DNA of 10,750 nucleotides from Amoeboradix gromovi X-113 (lineage: Eukaryota > Fungi > Sanchytriomycota), in contig JADGIF010000329.1 in NCBI GenBank assembly GCA_018985225.1, positions 1 to 10,750 on the forward strand, in the 5' to 3' direction. The position numbers were made by a program, and so were the translations under genes. This document shows, piece by piece, positions 7,630-10,750 of the stretch. The notes beneath the pieces were generated by a model. That model saw nothing but the letters and a program-made list of their open reading frames with translations. It ran no database searches and was not told where the DNA came from. Every line of letters begins with the position of its first letter. Position 1 is the first letter of the stretch.

Positions 7630-7999
7630 ACAGGCTCTTCTTCTCGCAGAAATGGGCCCAACATGGAGTCTAAGTGTACAGAAAGGAAAGACTTTTGGTT
7701 GAATCTAATGAAGCGTTCACCTGTCAGACGTAGTGCTATGCGTAGGATTCTGAAGCAAACCAACTCAGAAGCATATATACCCGCAAACTTTCATTTACAA
7801 GTAAAAAGGGTCCACTTGATAGCGTGGAACTATGGCAGAAAGATGTGGATTCTTATCTTTTCCGCGCCACAAGGCAGTGAAAGCATGAGTAACCACTGTG
7901 ACAGATCGACTGGCTTATCATTTTTTTGTGGAAATTCTTGATTTTCTTGGAAACTAGAACCTTTTATGGGGAATCCAACTGAAATAAATCAGTGTGCAG
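7630..7999 (+). mobile_element. Family-2 TnpB/Fanzor-like remnant, copy e (inverted)
   Basis: QKWAQHG, MESKCTERK, LLVESNEAFTCQT (NEAFTCQT at 7707-7730; RuvC-II E motif), and ILKQTNSEAYIPANFHLQVKRVHLIAWN colinear with copy b. Nucleotides 7860-7967 align with the reverse complement of about 4348-4455. Confidence 0.75.
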
Positions 8000-8297
8000 T
8001 CAATACTGTTCACAGGCTCTATACTGTTTCAGGGCCACTATAATTATAATCATGCAAAGTTTATAACTTAAGTATCAAGTTCTTGTTCTCTCGAACATTA
8101 GACCAGTGACTTGTGTACACAGAGATCGGGGGCCACATCAGCAAAGATATGAGAGATGGGAAGCACAGAATACGCTGAGAAATGGTACCACTCTGAGGGA
8201 CGGCAACACCATTATCATTGCAGCCTGGATCATCATCAGAATAAACTTAAAGTAACCCAGTTAGCTTCTCATTTAATTTTATTAATGTTTATTTAGG

Positions 8298-9378
8298 TTA
8301 ACTTAGAAATCGCTCTGCAACGTCATAAAGCAAAACGGTCCGTGTTCTCTGTATTTTTGGCGCAAAATCAGGTGCTTTATAACTAGCTCTTTCACCCATG
8401 ACTACTAAATAAGTTAATATTACATCTGTGCAAGAAGAAATCTCTCCCAACTGCATCCTTTTTGATAATTGGTGGATCTGGCAATTCAGGTAGAAATGCA
8501 GGAACTCCTTTTCTTGTGGCAAAGCTCAATTTGTACCCGTCAGGATGCGGCGTTACAGCTGCGATTACATGATTCTGCTTAGAAGTATTAGTTTTCACAT
8601 CATAATGTGTACCGGGCTCAACAAATATGATAGTTACAATATCGTTTCCGATATGTCGTTTCTTCTCAATTTGCTGTCTGTCATGTATGTTATGGGGAAG
8701 AAATGCAGCGACATGAAACATAATCTCGTATCCCTGCCATTTAGTATATAAACTCTTATCTCCGGTCATGTTATTCTGAACATCCAATCCAGCCTTGTAT
8801 TCTCCCCAGGATTTCAATTTTATTTCCTCTCCTAAAAAACTTAGAAACTCCTTGAATGCCGGGGTATTGTCTTTTTCCGTGTTGCCAAACATCTCTTCTT
8901 CCACTGTCTGATTAGATTTCAAATGAGTCAAACCAAATTTATAACTTCGAATGACTTGGCGCTCCTCCATTGCTAATAACTCATTAGGAAGACTTGGATC
9001 TTTGCAAAGCTGCATCAGTTCTACAGGAACATATTCAGTACTAGCTTTCACCACACTGTAAGAAGTGGGTCCAAGCCCAAATATCTTTCGTAAAAATGAG
9101 TTTGGAACTTGTTCATAGTTTGTAGACAAACGTAGACTACCTTCAGGGGACCTTACAAGAACTCTATAGACAGTGCCGTCTAAAATTACACTGATGGCCA
9201 TCGGGCCTTTTTTACTTTTAGGAATTATCATATTTAAGTGGGGTTTACCAAGATACTGGTCGCGATAACAAATGATATCCTTTTCACACTCTTGAAGTAG
9301 AGAATCATGCACACCAGTAACGCGAGCATTAGGATTAGTAGATTGAATTTCAAATTCTGAACCAGACACTTTCAACAT
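8298..9378 (-). CDS. Rap/Ran-GAP domain protein (Rap1GAP-like), two exons join(9378..8424, 8404..8298), 353 aa
   Basis: Motifs YKFGL, EEEMFGN, YKAGLD, EIMFHVA and catalytic KKRHIGND (Asn thumb). The conserved C-terminal GERASYKAP...RTR lies in another frame and is joined by a 19-nt GT-AG intron, giving FFLHRLVMGERASYKAP. Confidence 0.92.
8405..8423 (-). other. 19-nt spliceosomal intron GTAATATTAACTTATTTAG
   Basis: GTAA donor, TTAAC branch-like motif and TAG acceptor. Removal restores the frame and the family-like spacing. An alternative in-frame acceptor 3 nt downstream would give a 22-nt intron. Confidence 0.8.
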
Positions 9379-10565
9379 TCAAATAAAATGTTTCAAAATA
9401 TTTGTTCAGAAGAATACGCACGAGTACTGTCGCTCAATAAACGCATTGTTAGTATCAAGTTAAATTTCTTGCTAATCTTATTACAGGTAAACCATGAAGT
9501 GGAGGTTTCCAAAATTAATGTCTCCAATTATTTAAACATTTTTTTATCATATTTTGAATATAAATTGCTAGTAAAAATCACGACATTCAACAGATTGACT
9601 ATAAACAAACAGAGGCCGGCAGTTTGGTGCGTATTGGTGGATGTATTACAGAAGTACGGACTCTTCCAATGAATTTTCTCTTTGATAAAAAGTTATCGTC
9701 TTTTCACATTGCTGATTATCAACCACTCCATTTATAAACATTGTAGAAAGCGGTCAAATAGCATTTTGCTCGATAGAAAAGTTTCCGCAAACATGGACTT
9801 GCTTCACTCTGGAGTTCAATTTCGCCGCACCACGGTTGATCCACCTCACGCGAGTGGAAATTCACGTCTAAAGAGACTGTGGCAAGCTCTAGTCTATTGA
9901 ATTTAAAACCGAAGACCCTCTTAGCAGTGGGAGGAAATGTCATCCGCCAGGATCTTTTCTAAGTGACTGGTGAAGAAAACGGTACTGCCGAAGGAAGCAT
10001 TGAATTCTCAGCTTGTATTGAAAGGCTTTAATCATAAAAGTGCTACTTTCGAATGGTGCCAGAAAACATTGCAGAATTATACCCATGTGGATGCCTTTTC
10101 AAACTAGTATGGTATTAATGGATGTTGAGTCATAAAGAATTGCGTATATCAAGAGACGTGAAAATTGCGATTCTATTGATAGTTGCAGGAGAGGAGGAAT
10201 AAGAAGAAATAAGTGTGATTAAACTGATAAAAGATTTAGTAATATAGATTTGAACTTTTGTCTGCAAAAGTTTTCGGTGATCTAGTTTCTAGAATTCGCA
10301 ATCTGTGCTGGGAATTAACAGTAAATTACACCGAAACAGGAACAGAGAAGCACGGCTCCTTGTAGCCATAAGCACTGGCAAAGAGTTGCACATAGGAAAG
10401 CTACATTATCAAAGCATATTTACTATAAATGAACTCCATTCCACCCAATTCTTTTAGAAGTGAAAATCATTCGAGAGAATGTAAATTAGCGTTACTCGAC
10501 AGCTGAATTACCCAAGTGCCGACTAGTTTCATTGATCTTTGCTATAAGCGTAGTGGTATTATATG

Positions 10566-10656
10566 ATATGGGACATGCTCTGTAAAAAGTAGACTGGGGG
10601 TAAAAAGTGGGTGACGAGATTTACCCAGTTGAAATTTTCACAGTAGTGTCCCATAT
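10566..10656. repeat. 91-bp imperfect fold-back element
   Basis: Arms ATATGGGACATGCTCTGTAAAAA and TTTTCACAGTAGTGTCCCATAT, with inner pairing GACTGG..GTAAA / TTTAC-CCAGTT. Confidence 0.6.
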
Positions 10657-10750
10657 TTCTTCACCTAGGCAATAGGCGAAATTACTTTATCAGTGATCCT
10701 TTGTTGCCAACCTGGTCTCTCACCATTCGCTAGCAAACTATCTATCACTT

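Noticed and set aside
7663-7941. 92-aa ORF as a functional gene
   Set aside because: It is a chance open stretch of Fanzor remnant e. The Cys ligands and catalytic Asp are lost and the RuvC-II motif is in another frame.
8298-8522. 74-aa ORF as a separate gene
   Set aside because: Its last 34 residues are exon 2 of the Rap-GAP.
389-8751. Plus-strand ORFs 389..589, 3013..3237, 3328..3525, 3656..3961, 3772..4011, 6090..6641 and 8545..8751
   Set aside because: They are antisense shadows of better-supported genes and carry no motifs.
9388-9943. ORFs 9388..9672, 9682..9900 and 9719..9943 (also 4841..5032 and 5145..5348)
   Set aside because: They are short, have no recognisable domains, several have non-ATG starts, and some lie within repeat-derived DNA.

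Overview
AT-rich eukaryotic nuclear DNA in the standard genetic code. It most likely comes from a compact-genome, early-diverging fungus or similar opisthokont; this is an inference. Seven likely host genes all lie on the minus strand: two tandem-RRM (NSR1/nucleolin-like) paralogs, a predicted 7-TM membrane protein, a small acidic protein, a 156-aa hypothetical protein, mitochondrial ribosomal protein uL11m, and a Rap-GAP that needs a 19-nt intron. The main unannotated signal is in the intergenic DNA, which is largely decayed TnpB/Fanzor-like sequence from two distinct families, with about 8 copies. Most copies retain broken RuvC-II, zinc-finger or RuvC-III motifs. These are followed by a better-conserved, hairpin-forming 3' segment that is a candidate omegaRNA scaffold/right end. 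Family-1 remnants run directly into the 5' ends of both RRM genes. No intact Fanzor ORF is present. All alignments and folds were done by eye.
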